This document shows, piece by piece, positions 62,196 to 64,000 of a stretch of 64,000 bases of DNA. The stretch is from the NCBI GenBank assembly GCA_002501205.1, contig DLRW01000073.1, positions 48,287-112,286 on the forward strand, read 5' to 3'. The notes below the pieces were generated by a model. It ran no database searches and had not been told where the DNA came from. It saw only the letters and a program-made list of their open reading frames with translations. A program made the position numbers and the translations under genes. This DNA is from Flavobacteriales bacterium UBA7878. Lineage in GTDB: Bacteria; Bacteroidota; Bacteroidia; Flavobacteriales; Schleiferiaceae. Numbering within the stretch: the first letter of the stretch is position 1; every line of letters starts with the position of its first letter.

Positions 62196-63620
62196 TTAAA
62201 ACTCGGCGTTGCCTGGAGTACGTGGGAAAGGAATTACGTCGCGAATATTGGTCATTCCGGTAACGAATAATACCAATCGCTCAAAGCCTAATCCGAATCC
62301 ACTGTGTACGCAGCTGCCAAATTTTCGGGTATCGAGATACCAGTCTAATTCTTTCTCGTCAATACCGAAATCATTCATCTTGCCCCGCAGTACGTCGTAG
62401 CGTTCTTCTCTTTGCGATCCCCCTACAATTTCGCCAATGCCAGGGAAAAGGATATCCATGGCACGCACAGTTTTCTCATCTTCATTAAGGCGCATATAGA
62501 AGGCCTTAATCTTGGCGGGATAGTCGAATAAGATTACCGGCGCATTGAAATGCTGAACCAGGTATTTCTCATGCTCCGATTGTAAATCAGCGCCCCACTC
62601 GTCGATGAGGTAGTTGAAACGCTTTTTCTTGTTCGGCTTCGAATTGCGCAGAATGTCGATGGCCTCGGTATAACTTACTCTGCGGAAGTTGTTATCAACC
62701 ACAAATTGCAGCTTTTCGCGCAGGGGCTCGCTGCGGTCTTTTTCGGGTTTGGATTTTTCTTCATCCTTTAAACGGCTTTCCAAAAATTCCAGATCATCAC
62801 CACAGTTTTCGAGGGTATAGCGAATGACATGCTTCAAGAAATCTTCCGCTAAATCCATGTTGGCATTCAGATCATTGAAGGCTACTTCGGGTTCAATCAT
62901 CCAAAACTCAGCCAGGTGGCGTGAGGTATTGGAGTTTTCGGCGCGGAAAGTAGGTCCGAAAGTATAGACCTTAGATAAGGCCATGGCTCCTAATTCGGCT
63001 TCTAGTTGACCGGATACGGTAAGGTTGGTTTCTTTGGCAAAGAAGTCTTTGCTATAATCGATGTTGCCGTCTTCGGTTAAAGGCGGATTCTTTTTGTCGA
63101 GTACGGATACATTAAACATTTCCCCTGCTCCTTCGGCATCACTACCGGTAATAATAGGAGTGTGCAGGTAGAAGAATTGCTTTTTATGGAAGTAGTCATG
63201 CACGGCATAAGCCAGATGATGACGAATACGCATTACGGCACCAAAAGTGTTGGTACGCATGCGTAAATGAGCAATATCTCGTAAGAACTCCATGGAGTGT
63301 TTCTTAGGCTGCAAAGGATATTCCTCCGGATTGCTCTCACCTAGAACCTCTAAGTCAGTTACATGGATTTCAACATCCTGACCTTTACCCTGGGAGCTTA
63401 ATAAATCACCTTTGGCGCGGATAGCAGCACCGGTTGCGATTTTCTTCAGCAGACCTTCTTCTAGGTTTTCAAAGTCAACAACTAACTGCAAAGTCTTAAT
63501 GGTTGAACCATCACTTAAGGCAATAAAACGATTGCTGCGAAAGGTTCTAACCCAGCCTTTTACTTCTAGTGTGGTGCCAATGGGCTTTTGCTGTAAAATA
63601 TCTTTAATGGATAAACTCAT
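62196..63620 (-). CDS. asnS: Asparagine--tRNA ligase
   Basis: 474 aa. Class IIb motifs are [23 protein letters not shown] and GFGLGFERL. The C-terminus is [10 protein letters not shown]. Confidence 0.95.
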   Translation of the reverse strand: MSLSIKDILQQKPIGTTLEVKGWVRTFRSNRFIALSDGSTIKTLQLVVDFENLEEGLLKKIATGAAIRAKGDLLSSQGKGQDVEIHVTDLEVLGESNPEEYPLQPKKHSMEFLRDIAHLRMRTNTFGAVMRIRHHLAYAVHDYFHKKQFFYLHTPIITGSDAEGAGEMFNVSVLDKKNPPLTEDGNIDYSKDFFAKETNLTVSGQLEAELGAMALSKVYTFGPTFRAENSNTSRHLAEFWMIEPEVAFNDLNANMDLAEDFLKHVIRYTLENCGDDLEFLESRLKDEEKSKPEKDRSEPLREKLQFVVDNNFRRVSYTEAIDILRNSKPNKKKRFNYLIDEWGADLQSEHEKYLVQHFNAPVILFDYPAKIKAFYMRLNEDEKTVRAMDILFPGIGEIVGGSQREERYDVLRGKMNDFGIDEKELDWYLDTRKFGSCVHSGFGLGFERLVLFVTGMTNIRDVIPFPRTPGNAEF

Positions 63621-63697
63621 TCTCTTCCGGTTTGGGCCGCAAATTTCACAAATTTTCCACTGTAAACAGGCCTATGCTTAAGAAACCTTAACACCAA

Positions 63698-63722
63698 GAA
63701 ACTTTTTGCATAAAATAGTTTC
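63698..63722. promoter_or_regulatory. Imperfect palindrome, candidate TetR operator
   Basis: gaaact-N13-agtttc with A/T-rich inner arms, 35 nt upstream of the TetR-family ATG in the asnS/TetR divergent region. Confidence 0.2.
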
Positions 63723-63756
63723 CGCGTGCATTTTGTTTCCCAGTTTTGCCGCCGTT

Positions 63757-64000
63757 ATGGAGACAATGGAGAATGAAATAATTGGGAAGGCCCATGAAAT
63801 GTTTCAGCGTTACGGCTTAAGGCCCGTAACGATGGATGACATTGCCAAGGAGCTGAGCGTGTCTAAGAAAACCTTGTATAAATACTTTGCTAACAAGGAA
63901 GAATTAGTGGAGCGCGCAGTGGAGCGGGTAATGGACAAAGTAAGTGCTCGCATGGTCGAGCTCTTAAAAGCAGAAGGCAATGCGATTGATATGCTTTTTG
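63757..64000 (+). CDS. TetR/AcrR-family transcriptional regulator (5' part, runs off the window)
   Basis: Absent from the ORF track because no stop is reached. Translation from the ATG at 63757 gives METMENEIIGKAHEMFQRYGLRPVTMDDIAKELSVSKKTLYKYFANKEELV, a classic TetR N-terminal HTH. Confidence 0.8.
   Translation, partial: METMENEIIGKAHEMFQRYGLRPVTMDDIAKELSVSKKTLYKYFANKEELVERAVERVMDKVSARMVELLKAEGNAIDMLF

Overview
This looks like chromosomal DNA from a Bacteroidota (Flavobacteriia-like) genome. Supporting signs are two proteins ending in type IX secretion (T9SS) C-terminal sorting domains, several TAnnTTTG promoter boxes a short distance upstream of start codons, a fused E1 alpha/beta ketoacid dehydrogenase, and typical Bacteroidota DUF-type membrane proteins. 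I call about 46 protein-coding genes. I see no rRNA, tRNA, CRISPR array, transposase or integrase. Content: phenylacetate lower-pathway genes are scattered (paaG-paaH at 1.1-3.1 kb, paaI, paaJ and paaY at 6.6-11 kb, paaZ at 31.3-33.3 kb) and interleaved with an ABC/permease pair, an XRE regulator and a degenerate Nudix-wHTH regulator. Other genes include a 2760-aa T9SS cargo protein built of MAM, FN3 and beta-helix modules, prolyl oligopeptidase, a fasciclin lipoprotein, cydAB, a FabH-like KAS III and a membrane sulfotransferase / small TM protein / beta-propeller cluster. Further along are a metallophosphoesterase, an enoyl-CoA hydratase, the fused E1 dehydrogenase, a YkuK-like gene, an M28 peptidase, a DUF819-like protein, MutS2, a second sulfotransferase and a CDGSH Fe-S protein. 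The window ends with a TonB-dependent receptor, an RND efflux operon, lysS, rpoN, asnS and a partial TetR gene. The most interesting signals are listed here. (1) A mosaic non-coding repeat family sits at four loci and brackets two small genes at 33.3-35.0 kb. (2) A structured about 270-nt non-coding stretch lies downstream of lysS, with mutually exclusive pairings and a canonical terminator inside the 5' end of a doubtful ORF. (3) The sulfation gene cluster has a translationally coupled micro-ORF. (4) A catalytically degenerate Nudix-wHTH regulator is embedded in the paa genes. (5) The giant gene carries an exactly in-phase 1248-nt tandem duplication. I did not find a clear-cut new defence or mobile system. 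All functional interpretations come from motif recognition by eye and need database or experimental confirmation.
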